Below are positions 1 through 9,972 of a DNA stretch of 64,000 nt, piece by piece. The stretch lies in contig CAVQEG010000001.1 in the NCBI GenBank assembly GCA_963711465.1, forward strand, positions 2,462,332 to 2,526,331. Reading direction: 5' to 3'. Position numbers and translations under genes: made by a program. The stretch comes from Chlorobiota bacterium (GTDB lineage: Bacteria > Bacteroidota > Ignavibacteria > OLB7). Position 1 is the stretch's first letter, and the number at the start of each line of letters is the position of its first letter. The notes beneath the pieces are model-generated. The model saw only the letters and a program-made list of their open reading frames with translations, did not search any database and was not told where the DNA came from.

Positions 1-422
1 CCGAGGCACTCCAGCCGATCCCGTTCATGCTCCTGTACATCGTGCTCGGCTACTTCCTCTTCGCCTCGTTTTTCATCGGGTTCGGCTCACTGGTCACGAC
101 CGAACAGGAGGCGCAGCTGGTGACGCAGTACATCTCGATGTTCCTGGTTGCGCCGCTGGCGTTTGCCTTCGTGGTGATGCAGAATCCGGACGCGTCGTAC
201 ATCCAGACGCTGAGCTACATCCCGATTCTGACGCCGGCGATGATGATCATCCGCGTGGTGACGAAGATGCCGTCGCCATTGGAGATCATTTCGACGCTGG
301 CGGTAATGCTGGTGACGACGGTCGTGGTGATGTGGGCAGCCAGCCGCGTGTTCCGCACGGCGATTCTGATGTACGGCAAGCGCCCGTCGCTGCGGGAGAT
401 CGTGCGGTGGGTGCGGGCGTAG
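1..422 (+). CDS. 3' end of a membrane-protein gene that starts upstream of the window (ABC-2-type permease-like, partial)
   Basis: The open frame runs from base 3 with no stop until 420-422. The translation is very hydrophobic with several TM-like segments (LLYIVLGYFLFASFFIGFGSLV, LAFAFVVM, VMLVTTVVVMWAA). Confidence 0.5.
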   Translation, partial: EALQPIPFMLLYIVLGYFLFASFFIGFGSLVTTEQEAQLVTQYISMFLVAPLAFAFVVMQNPDASYIQTLSYIPILTPAMMIIRVVTKMPSPLEIISTLAVMLVTTVVVMWAASRVFRTAILMYGKRPSLREIVRWVRA

Positions 423-489
423 GAATCAATGCGAGTCGCTCCATGGGAGGACGAGGTCGTTTCCCTTCTACTCGAGTGGAGCCCTGTCG

Positions 490-2241
490 CTACACCTCCT
501 CGTCGCCTCCGGCGCAGGAGGTGAGGTAGGCGCGGATCTCGTCGGCAGTCGACATGCGGAGCGCTGCCCGGGCTCGATCGTGCGCCTCGCTCGTATTGAT
601 CGAACGAACGCGGTGCTTCAGCGGGCCGAGTTCCTTCGGCGGAACGGAGAACCGTCGCACGCCGAGACCGATGAGCAGTCCGGTGCCGAGAGGATTGGCT
701 CCCATCTCTCCGCACAGCGTCACGGGAATTCCGGCACGCCGTCCGGCCAGCACGGTCGCACGGATCAGGTACAGCACGGCGGGATGGAATTCGTCGTAGT
801 GGCTTGCCATCCAGTCCTCCTCCCGATCGACCGCGAGGGTGTACTGCGCCAGATCGTTCGTGCCGATTGAGAGGAACGAACACTCGGCGGCGAGCGACGA
901 GGCGGTCAACGCTGCGGCCGGCGTCTCGACCATGGTGCCGATCGGCATGAACTCATCGAACGGAATCTTCTGCGCGCGAAGCTTGGCGCGGGTCTCATCG
1001 ATGATGCGTCGGACTTTTCGAATCTCATCGACGGAGGCGACCATCGGAAGCATGTAGCGGATGTTCTTCAGCGACGAGGCGCGCAGCACCGCCTCGACCT
1101 GGCGGCGGAGAATGTCGGGATAGGCAAGCAGCAGGCGGGTACCGCGCAGCCCGAGGGGCGAATGCGAGCGCTCCCACGCCTCACCGCCGAGTTTCTCGCT
1201 GCCGATGTCGAACGCGCGGAGCGTCACATTCAGCGGATAGGCGCGCTCGGCGATGCGGGTGTAGAATTCAGTCTGCTCCTCGACGCTCACCTCCGCATCA
1301 CGTCCCATCACGAGGTACTCGGTCCGCATCAGTCCGATCTCGTCGGCTCCGTTGGCCAGAATCTGGTCCATCTCCTCCATCAGGTCGAGGTTCGCCGCGA
1401 GGATCACGCGCGTACCGTCCTTCGTCTCCGACGGCAGATCGCGCAGGCGTTCGTGGCTCCGGCGCCGCAGTTCGAGCTCCTCGCGACGCTCGCGGTATCG
1501 GCGCAGCGTTTCCTCGCATGGATCGATCACCACCGTGCCCGTGTACCCGTCGACGATGATCAGGTCTGTCCCGGCGGCGCGCCGAACGACGTCGTTGATG
1601 CCCGAGACCATCGGCACGCCGAAGGAGCGGGCAAGGATCGCCGCGTGCGAGTTGATTCCACCAGTCTCGAGCACGAATCCCGCGGCACCGTTGCGCGAGT
1701 GCACGACCGCGTCGCCCGGCGAGAGTGCATGGAACACGAGCACCGAATCGCGGTGGACGCCGCTCGGCGTCTCAGTGGTCGACAGGCTGGAGAGCAGATG
1801 CGACTCGAGCGCGACGATGTCGTCGGCGCGGGAGCTGAACGTGACGTCGTCGGAGGTACGCATCAGATCGGCAAGCCACGTCATCTCCGCAACGATCGCC
1901 GCGTGCGCGGTCGTGTGCCGGGAGCGGATGTGATCGACGATCGCATTGATGAGTACCGGATCGTGCAGCATCATCCTGTGCGCCTCGAAGATGCCGGCCC
2001 GCTCGGCGACCTCGAGCCGCGCCATCGATTCGATCTGTGCCAGCACGTCGTCGGCGCGCTGCACCGCCTGCTGCAGGCGCTCGATCTCGACCGACACCTC
2101 CGCATCGGACAGGTGACGTGTGTCATGATCCGCCTCGCGCTCCGGCGCGATCACATGCACCGGAGCAATCGCGATTCCCGGTGAGGTCGGCGTTCCCTCG
2201 AACGTTCGTTCCTGCGTCTTCATCTCGTTGACTGTGGTCTG
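490..2241 (-). CDS. ptsI: Phosphoenolpyruvate-protein phosphotransferase (PTS enzyme I)
   Basis: ORF 490..2301 (-) translates to a PEP-utilizing enzyme with N-terminal ...TPTSPGIAIAPVHVI, a central PEP-utilizing domain (AAGFVLETGGINSHAAILARSFGVPMVSG) and a C-terminal TIM barrel (RTEY...LSIGTNDLAQY). The start was trimmed to ATG at 2241 (MQTTVNEMK) with GGAG 10 nt upstream. Confidence 0.88.
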   Translation of the reverse strand, partial: QTTVNEMKTQERTFEGTPTSPGIAIAPVHVIAPEREADHDTRHLSDAEVSVEIERLQQAVQRADDVLAQIESMARLEVAERAGIFEAHRMMLHDPVLINAIVDHIRSRHTTAHAAIVAEMTWLADLMRTSDDVTFSSRADDIVALESHLLSSLSTTETPSGVHRDSVLVFHALSPGDAVVHSRNGAAGFVLETGGINSHAAILARSFGVPMVSGINDVVRRAAGTDLIIVDGYTGTVVIDPCEETLRRYRERREELELRRRSHERLRDLPSETKDGTRVILAANLDLMEEMDQILANGADEIGLMRTEYLVMGRDAEVSVEEQTEFYTRIAERAYPLNVTLRAFDIGSEKLGGEAWERSHSPLGLRGTRLLLAYPDILRRQVEAVLRASSLKNIRYMLPMVASVDEIRKVRRIIDETRAKLRAQKIPFDEFMPIGTMVETPAAALTASSLAAECSFLSIGTNDLAQYTLAVDREEDWMASHYDEFHPAVLYLIRATVLAGRRAGIPVTLCGEMGANPLGTGLLIGLGVRRFSVPPKELGPLKHRVRSINTSEAHDRARAALRMSTADEIRAYLTSCAGGDEEV

Positions 2242-2473
2242 CATGGCGGAGTACTCCGTGCGTGTGAATGCCGGCACTGCCGTGGTCGCCTCACGCCCCA
2301 CGTGCGGCGATCGGATCGCGAAACGTCGAGCGCACGACGACGCTGCATCGGCGACGGTAATGAATCACTGTGGACGGACTGACACGGGGTGGCGTCGGTG
2401 AGGTCGCGTGAAACGCAGGCAGGCGCATCAGCACTCCGACGGCAATCAATGTACGTCGCAGGTCGATCTTCCG

Positions 2474-3892
2474 TCAGGTCTTCAGCCGAACACCGGGATC
2501 GCTCTGAAGGCGTTCGGCAAGGCACCGGTGAATTCCACCGAACCCTCCATTGGACATGATCACCACCACGTCGCCCGGCTCGAGGTGCTCGTCGAGATGC
2601 TCCACGATCTGCCCGACCTCCGCCACGTACTGCGCCTCGGTGCCGGTATCGCACAGATCGGCGACCAGTCGCTCGGGATCCAGCCGCTCGGAGGCATCCA
2701 GCTCCTCGAGTCGATTCACCTTGGCCAGCAGCACGCGATCGGCAATCGAAAACGCGTCGACGAACTGCCGCTGAAAGACGTTCCGACGCGTCGTGTTGCT
2801 GCGTGGCTCGAATACCGCCCAGATGGTGTTCGTCCGATGACGCTGCCGAAGCGCCCGCAACGTTTCGCGAATCGCCGTCGGGTGATGGGCAAAGTCGTCG
2901 TAGACGCTCACCCCTCTGAATTCTCCCTTCAATTCCATCCGCCGTCGCGTGTTGCGGAACGAGTCGAGGCCGGACTGAATTTCCCCGTCGCTGAGCCCGA
3001 GCCATCGCGCCATGGCGACAACCGCCAGGACGTTTCGAACGTTGAATTCTCCCGCAAGCGCCGTTCGTACTCTCACTTCGTATCCATCGCGTGCGACGAC
3101 GGTGAACGAGGTCGCCTCTGGCTGGTAGTCGATCCGCTCGGCCCGAAGGTCCGCCGTGCGGCCGAGACCGATCGTCGTCACCGGCGCGAAGGACTGCGAG
3201 ACGACCGCCACGGTGTTCGGATCGTCACCATTGGCGACGACCAGTCCGTTGCGGGGCACGAGGTTGACGAGCCGACGGAAGGAGAGCATGATGTCGGCAA
3301 GGGAACCGAAGATGTCGGCGTGATCGAATTCGACGTTGTTGACCAGCAGGACGCTCGGCAGGTAGTGGAGGAATTTGGAGCGCTTGTCGAAGAAGGCGGT
3401 GTCGTACTCATCGCCCTCGAGCACGACGAGTGCACTGGAGGGACGGTACTGCCAGCCCGCGCGGAAGTTCTCCGGAACGCCGCCGATCATGAAGTTCGGC
3501 TCCCGTCCGGCGTTCTGGAGTACCCAGGCGATCATCGACGAGACGGTCGTCTTTCCGTGGGTACCGCTGATGACGACCGAGGTGCGGCCCTCGATGAGTT
3601 CTCGCTTGAGCAGTTCGGGCAGCGAGGTGTAGGGAATCCTTCGTTCGAGGGTGGCCTCGACTTCCTCATCGCCACGCGACATGCGGTTGCCGATGACGAC
3701 CAGTTCGGGCGTGGGATCGAGGTTCCCGGCGTGGAAACCGCGCATGATCTCGACGCCGGCGTCTTCGAGCAGATCGCTCATCGGCGGATAGACGTTGTCG
3801 TCGCTTCCGGTGACGTCGTGACCCATCGCGCGCATCATGAGCGCGACGTTCCCCATGGCGGTACCGCAGATACCGATGAAGTGAATGTGCAT
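2474..3892 (-). CDS. mpl: UDP-N-acetylmuramate:L-alanyl-gamma-D-glutamyl-meso-diaminopimelate ligase (Mur ligase family, Mpl-like)
   Basis: The N-terminus MHIHFIGICGTAMGNVALMMRAMGHDVTGSD is typical of Mpl. It has a Mur-ligase P-loop (VISGTHGKTTVSSM) and a 472 aa length consistent with Mpl. Confidence 0.85.
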   Translation of the reverse strand: MHIHFIGICGTAMGNVALMMRAMGHDVTGSDDNVYPPMSDLLEDAGVEIMRGFHAGNLDPTPELVVIGNRMSRGDEEVEATLERRIPYTSLPELLKRELIEGRTSVVISGTHGKTTVSSMIAWVLQNAGREPNFMIGGVPENFRAGWQYRPSSALVVLEGDEYDTAFFDKRSKFLHYLPSVLLVNNVEFDHADIFGSLADIMLSFRRLVNLVPRNGLVVANGDDPNTVAVVSQSFAPVTTIGLGRTADLRAERIDYQPEATSFTVVARDGYEVRVRTALAGEFNVRNVLAVVAMARWLGLSDGEIQSGLDSFRNTRRRMELKGEFRGVSVYDDFAHHPTAIRETLRALRQRHRTNTIWAVFEPRSNTTRRNVFQRQFVDAFSIADRVLLAKVNRLEELDASERLDPERLVADLCDTGTEAQYVAEVGQIVEHLDEHLEPGDVVVIMSNGGFGGIHRCLAERLQSDPGVRLKT

Positions 3893-3964
3893 CGCGTGAC
3901 GTAGGTGCGGTGCTGAGTGGATTGGAGGGAATCCGCCTGAGGGCGTGCGCCCCGAGAGCGAAGT

Positions 3965-5866
3965 TCAGAGCTCGATCTGTGCGCCGAGCTCGACGACGCG
4001 TCCGGGCGGCAGGCAGAAGTACTGCGTCGCCGGCGGCGCGTTGCGCGACATCCAGGCGAAGAGTCGCTGGCGCCAGACCATCATGCCGGTGTGCTCGGCC
4101 GGCAGCAGACGTTCGCGACCGAGAAAATAGGTGGTCTCCATCGGTTTGAGCATCGGTCCGATTTGCGGATGCTGCTCGAGCACGTACGGGATGTCGGGCG
4201 ACTCCATGAAGCCGTAGCTGATCAACACGCGGTAGAATCCTTCGCCGATCTCCTCGAGTTCCACACGCCGGTGCCCGCGGACGTGCGGCACGTCTTCGGT
4301 GCGAACGTTGACGATGATCACGCGCTCGTGGATGACCTTGTTGTGCCGCAGATTGTGCAGCAGCGCGGGCGGGGTTCCGTCGGGATTGCTGTACATGAAC
4401 ACGGCCGTTCCGTCGACGCGATGCGGCATCTCGACGCGCACCGACTCGAGCAGCTGAGAGAGCGGCAGCACGCGATCCTGCATTCGCTGTCGGAGAATCT
4501 GTCGCCCCCGTCGCCACGTCGTCATCAATGTCAGCACGATACCACCGATCAGCAGCGGGAACCATCCGCCCTGCACGATCTTCACCACCGTTGCGCTGAA
4601 GAAGCTGAGGTCGACGACGATGAAGACGAGGCACAGAGCCAGGACGGCGAACTGATTCCACTTCCACCGCTGGCGCGCGACGATATAGAAGAGGACGGTG
4701 GTGATGACCATCGTCGTCGTGACGGCCACGCCGTAGGCGGCGGCAAGGTTGCTGGAGGAACCGAAGCCGATCACCAGCGCAACGCATGCGATGAGCAGCA
4801 CCCAGTTGACCATTGGAATGTAGATCTGACCGATCTCGTGGGCCGACGTGTGCTCGATGGCGATTCGTGGAGCGTAGCCGAGCTGAATCGCCTGGCGGGT
4901 GAGCGAGAACGCACCGGAGATCACCGCCTGCGATGCGATCACCGTCGCCATGGTGGCCAGGCCGACCATGGGGAAGAGCGCCCACGACGGCACCATTCGA
5001 TAGAACGGATTCTCCGCGGCCACCGGCGAACTCAGCAGCAGCGCGCCCTGACCGAAGTAGTTGATCAGCAGCGCCGGCAGCACGCAACAGTACCATGTCA
5101 GCCGGATCGGACGGGCACCGAAGTGTCCGAGATCGGCGTAGAGTGCCTCGCCGCCGGTGACCACCAGGAAGACCGATCCAAGTACGAGGAATCCCATCCA
5201 GCCGTTGTGCTCGAAGAACGTGACCGCGTGCACCGGGCTGATGGCGACCAGCACGTGCGGTACACGAACGATGTAGACGATGCCGAGCACGGCAATGGCG
5301 AAGAACCAGACGAGCGTGATCGGACCGAAGATCTTTCCGACGCCGGCGGTGCCGTGGTGCTGGAAGGCGAACAGACCGATGAGGATCGCGACGGTGATCG
5401 GAATGACGTACGGCTGGAAGATCGGCGTGGCGACGTTGAGCCCCTCCACCGCACTGAGCACCGAGATCGCCGGCGTGATCATCCCGTCGCCGTAGAGCAG
5501 GGCCGCACCGAAGAGGCCGAGGAGCATCGTCAGACCGAGCCGTCCGGCCGTGCCCGCATGCACGGGCCGCGCCAGCGCCGTCAGCGCCAGAATTCCTCCT
5601 TCACCGTCATTGTCCGCGCGCAGAATGAACACGAGGTACTTCGTCGAGATCACCAGTACCAGCGCCCAGAACACCAGTGACAGAACGCCGAGCACGTTCG
5701 CGTGCGAGACCGGGACGCCGTGTTCACCATGAAAACATTCGCGCAGGGCATACAGCGGACTCGTGCCGATGTCGCCGTAGACGATGCCGAGAGCAGTGAG
5801 TGAGAGCACCAGCAGGTAGCGGCCGCCGGAACGGCCACCATCGGTGCTTTCGGGAGCTGATTGCAT
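3965..5866 (-). CDS. kup: KUP/HAK/KT family potassium uptake transporter
   Basis: LVLSLTALGIVYGDIGTSPLYA is the Kup signature and the protein has about 12 TM segments. The start was trimmed to ATG at 5866 (MQSAPES...). The original ORF extends to 6019 through an Arg-rich, non-protein-like N-terminus. Confidence 0.88.
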   Translation of the reverse strand: MQSAPESTDGGRSGGRYLLVLSLTALGIVYGDIGTSPLYALRECFHGEHGVPVSHANVLGVLSLVFWALVLVISTKYLVFILRADNDGEGGILALTALARPVHAGTAGRLGLTMLLGLFGAALLYGDGMITPAISVLSAVEGLNVATPIFQPYVIPITVAILIGLFAFQHHGTAGVGKIFGPITLVWFFAIAVLGIVYIVRVPHVLVAISPVHAVTFFEHNGWMGFLVLGSVFLVVTGGEALYADLGHFGARPIRLTWYCCVLPALLINYFGQGALLLSSPVAAENPFYRMVPSWALFPMVGLATMATVIASQAVISGAFSLTRQAIQLGYAPRIAIEHTSAHEIGQIYIPMVNWVLLIACVALVIGFGSSSNLAAAYGVAVTTTMVITTVLFYIVARQRWKWNQFAVLALCLVFIVVDLSFFSATVVKIVQGGWFPLLIGGIVLTLMTTWRRGRQILRQRMQDRVLPLSQLLESVRVEMPHRVDGTAVFMYSNPDGTPPALLHNLRHNKVIHERVIIVNVRTEDVPHVRGHRRVELEEIGEGFYRVLISYGFMESPDIPYVLEQHPQIGPMLKPMETTYFLGRERLLPAEHTGMMVWRQRLFAWMSRNAPPATQYFCLPPGRVVELGAQIEL

Positions 5867-6079
5867 GCCTTGCCAATTGGTGTGTTGACGGGGTTCGGCG
5901 GCGATACAGTCGATCGTGCGATGCCGGCTGCGCGCCCAACGGCGCCGCCGGGGGTCGTCGACACAAATCATGGTCCAACCGCACGAGGTCCGACCGCGCG
6001 TGCGGCCGGACGTCCGCACCCTCGGATGCGGTCGCGATAACGGGCGGCAAGGTAACCGAATCGTGGGAGATGGCGTGGA

Positions 6080-6676
6080 TCAGACGCGGTAGTACTGCTC
6101 CAGTTCGCTGCGAAGCACCTGCCGCGCGCGATGCAGTCTCGACTTCACCGCCGAGATGGAGATATCGAGCTTCTCGGAGGTCTCCTCGGACGACCGCTGC
6201 TCGAGGTCGCGGAGCACGAAGACCGCTCTCTGCGACGGCGTCAGACGCTCCATGGCCCGCTCCAGTACCGAATACAGCTCCGCGTTGAGCAGACCGCTGT
6301 CGGGGGATTCGTTGTGATTCGTCGCAACGTCGGGTACCGCTTCGTATTCCGGACCACCGTCGAGCGGCACCATCGCCTGATCGATCTTCCGGCGACGTCG
6401 CTTCATCTTGCAGTTGTTGACGATCACCGTGTAGAGCCATGTGGTGAATTTCGAGGCGCCGTCGAACTGGTCGAGCTTGCGGTAGATGCTCACGAACGTG
6501 TCCTGCGCGTTCTCGTGCGCCACGGCACGGTCCCGGCACACTTTCATCGAAACGCTGAAGATATACGGCTCGACCTGTTGGACGAGTCTGGTGAACGCGC
6601 GGCCGTCGCCGGAGCGCACATCCTGCAGCAATGCTTCGATCGGCGCGTCGCCGGCCAGAATTTCCCGATTGTTCAT
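6080..6676 (-). CDS. RNA polymerase ECF-type sigma factor (sigma-70 regions 2 and 4)
   Basis: 198 aa. The region-2 motif is LVQQVEPYIFSVSMKVCRDRAVAHENAQDTFVSIYRKL. Region 4 is LTPSQRAVFVLRDLEQRSSEETSEKLDISISAVKSRLHRARQVL. Confidence 0.85.
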   Translation of the reverse strand: MNNREILAGDAPIEALLQDVRSGDGRAFTRLVQQVEPYIFSVSMKVCRDRAVAHENAQDTFVSIYRKLDQFDGASKFTTWLYTVIVNNCKMKRRRRKIDQAMVPLDGGPEYEAVPDVATNHNESPDSGLLNAELYSVLERAMERLTPSQRAVFVLRDLEQRSSEETSEKLDISISAVKSRLHRARQVLRSELEQYYRV

Positions 6677-6735
6677 GCGTATTGATTCCTCGATGGTACC
6701 ATGCGCAATGGTAGACGGATTCCGTCGCCCGAACC

Positions 6736-7755
6736 ATGTCCTCGGTCATGGTTTCGCATGGGAAGAATTCCGATCCAACGCCCGCCTCGACCTTCTGCAC
6801 AGGTCCGCGGCATACCTCTTCCGCTCGATTGGCGAACGCTCTGAACACACCGGACACAGCACCCTCGGCCCGGATCGAGGCCGCCTACGCGCACTGCCTG
6901 CGCCTGGCACGCGAGCACTATGAGAATTTTCCCGTCGCTTCCCTCCTGCTGCCCCGGGTGCTTCGGCGGGAGGTAGCCAGCATCTACGCCTTTGCCCGCC
7001 ACGCCGACGACATCGCCGACGAGGGGACCATCGAGAGCGCAGTTCGGCTGCAACGGCTGGACGCGTGGGAGTCACAACTCGACGCCGCACTTGCCGGAAA
7101 CGCCGACGATCCGGTTCTCCTGGCGGTCGCGCATACGATCCACCGGCGGAATCTTCCGACCGAACCGCTGCGCGCCCTGTTGCGCGCCTTCCGTTTCGAC
7201 GTCCGTAACGAGGGCTTCGCAACACCCGAAGAGCTCCTGGCGTACTGCCGCTGCTCAGCCAATCCGGTAGGGCGCATCGTGCTGCATCTCTGGGGGTTGG
7301 CGACCGAGGATCGGCTCGAACTCTCGGATGCCGTCTGCACGGGTCTGCAGCTGACGAATTTCTGGCAGGACGTGTCGCTCGACGTACCGCGTGGACGGGT
7401 GAACGTTCCTCGCTCGGTACTGCGCGCGCACGGCTGGAGCGTCGAGCGGCTGGCCCGCGATGTCGCCGATGAGCACTTCAGACAGATGATGGCGGAGCTC
7501 GTGGCCGGCGCGGCCCGCCATCTCGCGATCGGTCGTGGCCTGCTGCAACGCCTTCCCGACCGCCGGCTGCGCATCGAGATCGCTGCGACGATCGGCGGCG
7601 CCGAATGGATTCTGAACCGGATCGTGGAGGCCGACTTCGACGTTCTGCGCATTCGTCCGACGCTTTCGAGGTTCCGGGGGGCGCTGGTGGGACTCAGGGC
7701 GATCGCAGCGGCCGTCGGCGACGACCGCGAGCCACCCGCGATCACGGTTCGATAG
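6736..7755 (+). CDS. Squalene/phytoene synthase family protein, HpnC-like (hydroxysqualene synthase-like)
   Basis: YENFPVASLLLP and FARHADDIADEG are isoprenoid-synthase Asp-rich motifs. It carries the trans-IPPS head-to-head fold signature QLTNFWQDVSLD. The exact start is uncertain (ATG at 6736 or a downstream start). Confidence 0.75.
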   Translation: MSSVMVSHGKNSDPTPASTFCTGPRHTSSARLANALNTPDTAPSARIEAAYAHCLRLAREHYENFPVASLLLPRVLRREVASIYAFARHADDIADEGTIESAVRLQRLDAWESQLDAALAGNADDPVLLAVAHTIHRRNLPTEPLRALLRAFRFDVRNEGFATPEELLAYCRCSANPVGRIVLHLWGLATEDRLELSDAVCTGLQLTNFWQDVSLDVPRGRVNVPRSVLRAHGWSVERLARDVADEHFRQMMAELVAGAARHLAIGRGLLQRLPDRRLRIEIAATIGGAEWILNRIVEADFDVLRIRPTLSRFRGALVGLRAIAAAVGDDREPPAITVR

Positions 7756-7860
7756 CTTTCGACCGGACGGTTTTTTCGTTAGAATTGATGCTTCACTCAA
7801 CGCGCAGGCACCGGATCGAGGGGGCTGGTTGAGGCCATCGATCCGATCGCAGCGACTGAC

Positions 7861-8784
7861 ATGCCGAACCTGATCGTATCCGACATCGAAGATCCCGCGC
7901 TGGCGCTGCAGCAGCCGAGGACGAGCTTCTACTACTCGTTCTCACTGTTGCCCCGTGACGAGCGCAACGCGATGCATTCGGTCTACGCATTCTGTCGGTA
8001 TGCCGACGACATCATCGACGAGGAGAGTCTCTACGATACCGAGCCAGGTATCGTGGAGCCGAACGACCGAATCGCGCGGAAGCGGGAGCGACTCAACTGG
8101 CTGCGCCGGGAAGTGGAGCGGTGCTACCGGGGAGAGTCGCGCCACCCGATCCTCGCGCCGCTGTCGGCGGTGGTCAAGCGATTCCGCATTCCCCGGCAGT
8201 ACTTCCTGACGCTGCTCGACGGTATGGAGATGGACCTCGTGCGCAACCGCTACCAGAGGTTCGAGGACCTGCGCGAGTACTGCTACAGTGTCGCCTCGGT
8301 GGTCGGTCTGATCTGCGTCGAGATTTTCGGCTATCAGTACGAGGAGACCAAGGAGTACGCGGTGAATCTGGGGATCGCGCTGCAGTTGACGAACATCCTG
8401 CGGGACATCGAGGCCGACGCGCGCCGCGGTCGCATCTATCTGCCGCTCGAGGATCTGCGCGCCTTCGGCTACACCGAGTCGGACCTGCTTGCATCGCGCT
8501 ACAATCTCCCGTTCATCGAGCTGATGCGCTACGAGACCCGTCGCGCCCGCGAGTACTACGGCCGCGCACGCGCCGCGCTGCGTCCCGACGAGCGCAAGAC
8601 GATGTTCGCCGCGGAAATCATGGACGCCATCTACTATCGGATGCTCGAGAAGATCGAGCTGAACGAGTTCAACGTCTTCGGGCGTCGCAAGATCAGCGTC
8701 AGCACGCCACACAAGCTCTGGATCGCCGTGAAGCTCTGGCTCGTCACACGGGTGCTGGTCAACAGACGCAGCGCGGACGAGTAG
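7861..8784 (+). CDS. Squalene/phytoene synthase family protein, HpnD/CrtB-like
   Basis: Motifs are SFYYSFSLLPRDERNAMHSVYAFCRYADDIIDE (first Asp-rich motif), ALQLTNILRDIEADARRGRIYLP and YY..M. The length is 307 aa. Confidence 0.78.
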   Translation: MPNLIVSDIEDPALALQQPRTSFYYSFSLLPRDERNAMHSVYAFCRYADDIIDEESLYDTEPGIVEPNDRIARKRERLNWLRREVERCYRGESRHPILAPLSAVVKRFRIPRQYFLTLLDGMEMDLVRNRYQRFEDLREYCYSVASVVGLICVEIFGYQYEETKEYAVNLGIALQLTNILRDIEADARRGRIYLPLEDLRAFGYTESDLLASRYNLPFIELMRYETRRAREYYGRARAALRPDERKTMFAAEIMDAIYYRMLEKIELNEFNVFGRRKISVSTPHKLWIAVKLWLVTRVLVNRRSADE

Positions 8785-8802
8785 TGCCTAAGACGTATTG
8801 AA

Positions 8803-9951
8803 TTGAATTGCCCTGAACCTCCAGCCACGACGAGCGTTCCAATGATCACCGATTCGAGTGCATCCAGCCCCCGCCTCTTCGCAGGCATTCCATCCGTGGC
8901 CCTGCTGCTCGGCCTGCTGCTGGTGGGCTGTTCCGGCAAGGGCGACCTCGTGGTCGATCCCAACAGCGGATCGAGCAATGAGACGTCACTGATCGCGGTG
9001 AACCGCGGTCAGACGCCGGAGCTCGTACGGTACAGCGAGCAGAGCGGGATCGTCACGAACTCGGCGTATTCCGACGCGAATCAGGGTGCGGCGCTCGATG
9101 CCGGCGTCGATGCAATCTTCACGTCGTTCGACAAGGTGTACCTGCATCAACGATCGACGGGGTCGATCACGGTGCTCGGTCTGGAGAGTCGCAAGAAGAT
9201 CGGCGAGCTGGACGGATTCGCCGGTAGTGCCGACAGCGGATTGTGTGACATGGCGTTCAGCAACCTCTCTCAGGCGTGGGTGGTTTCATTCGCTGCACGC
9301 AAGCTCTATCTGATCGACGCGGTGAATCTGGCGCCCGGCACGGAGGAGCCGATCGACCTTCCCGGCAATCCCACGAGCGTCGGCGCGGTCGGCACCAGGG
9401 TGTTTGTCGGAATGGTCATGCCGGACGGTAGTGCCCAGGCAGCAATTCTCAGCAGCAATGCCGGCGTCTACTCCGTGGAGGGAATGATTCCGACGGAGAG
9501 TCCGGTGATATACATCGCCGGCAATCCGGACAACGACGAGGTGCTCATGCTCACCTCGGGCACGCCCGGCGGCCAGCCGCAGCTGCATGCCTACGACGCG
9601 ACGACGCTCGAGCAGCTGACCGAGACGGCGATTCCATCGGTCGACATGCGCGCGATGATCGGTCAGGAGCCCAATTTCGCCGCGATTTCCTACGACAACT
9701 ACCTCTACATCGCCGGACCCGAATCACTCGTCCGAGTCGACACCAAGAGCCGTCAGCGCAAGCGGGCGAGCGTCATTCTCCAGCGCGCCTATCCCGTGAT
9801 CGCCGTCGACTACTTCACCGATCTGCTCTATGCCTGGTCACCAGGCAGCGACGGGATCCAGCGCTATACCGTCGACGGCAACGAATTGGAGTCGATCCCT
9901 GTGACCGATCCCGTCACGGCGATCGGATTCGTACGGCAGAACCAGATGTAG
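8803..9951 (+). CDS. Putative lipoprotein of unknown function (secreted, repeat/beta-rich)
   Basis: N-terminal signal with lipobox (ALLLGLLLVGCSGKG). There is no recognisable catalytic motif. The real start may be ATG at 8842 (MITDS...). Confidence 0.55.
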   Translation: MNCPEPPATTSVPMITDSSASSPRLFAGIPSVALLLGLLLVGCSGKGDLVVDPNSGSSNETSLIAVNRGQTPELVRYSEQSGIVTNSAYSDANQGAALDAGVDAIFTSFDKVYLHQRSTGSITVLGLESRKKIGELDGFAGSADSGLCDMAFSNLSQAWVVSFAARKLYLIDAVNLAPGTEEPIDLPGNPTSVGAVGTRVFVGMVMPDGSAQAAILSSNAGVYSVEGMIPTESPVIYIAGNPDNDEVLMLTSGTPGGQPQLHAYDATTLEQLTETAIPSVDMRAMIGQEPNFAAISYDNYLYIAGPESLVRVDTKSRQRKRASVILQRAYPVIAVDYFTDLLYAWSPGSDGIQRYTVDGNELESIPVTDPVTAIGFVRQNQM

Positions 9952-9972
9952 TGCCCGAGCCCACAATTCTTC

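Noticed and set aside
1162-5680. Long + strand ORFs antisense to ptsI, mpl and kup (1162..2184, 2408..3904, 4091..5680)
   Set aside because: They are antisense to well-supported conserved genes. The translations are Arg/His/Asp-rich nonsense.
6714-6721. CCGAACCA on the + strand at the start of the HpnC-like ORF as a third ECF promoter
   Set aside because: An 8-mer is expected about twice by chance in 64 kb on both strands and no convincing -10 follows. It is mentioned only as a pointer, not annotated.
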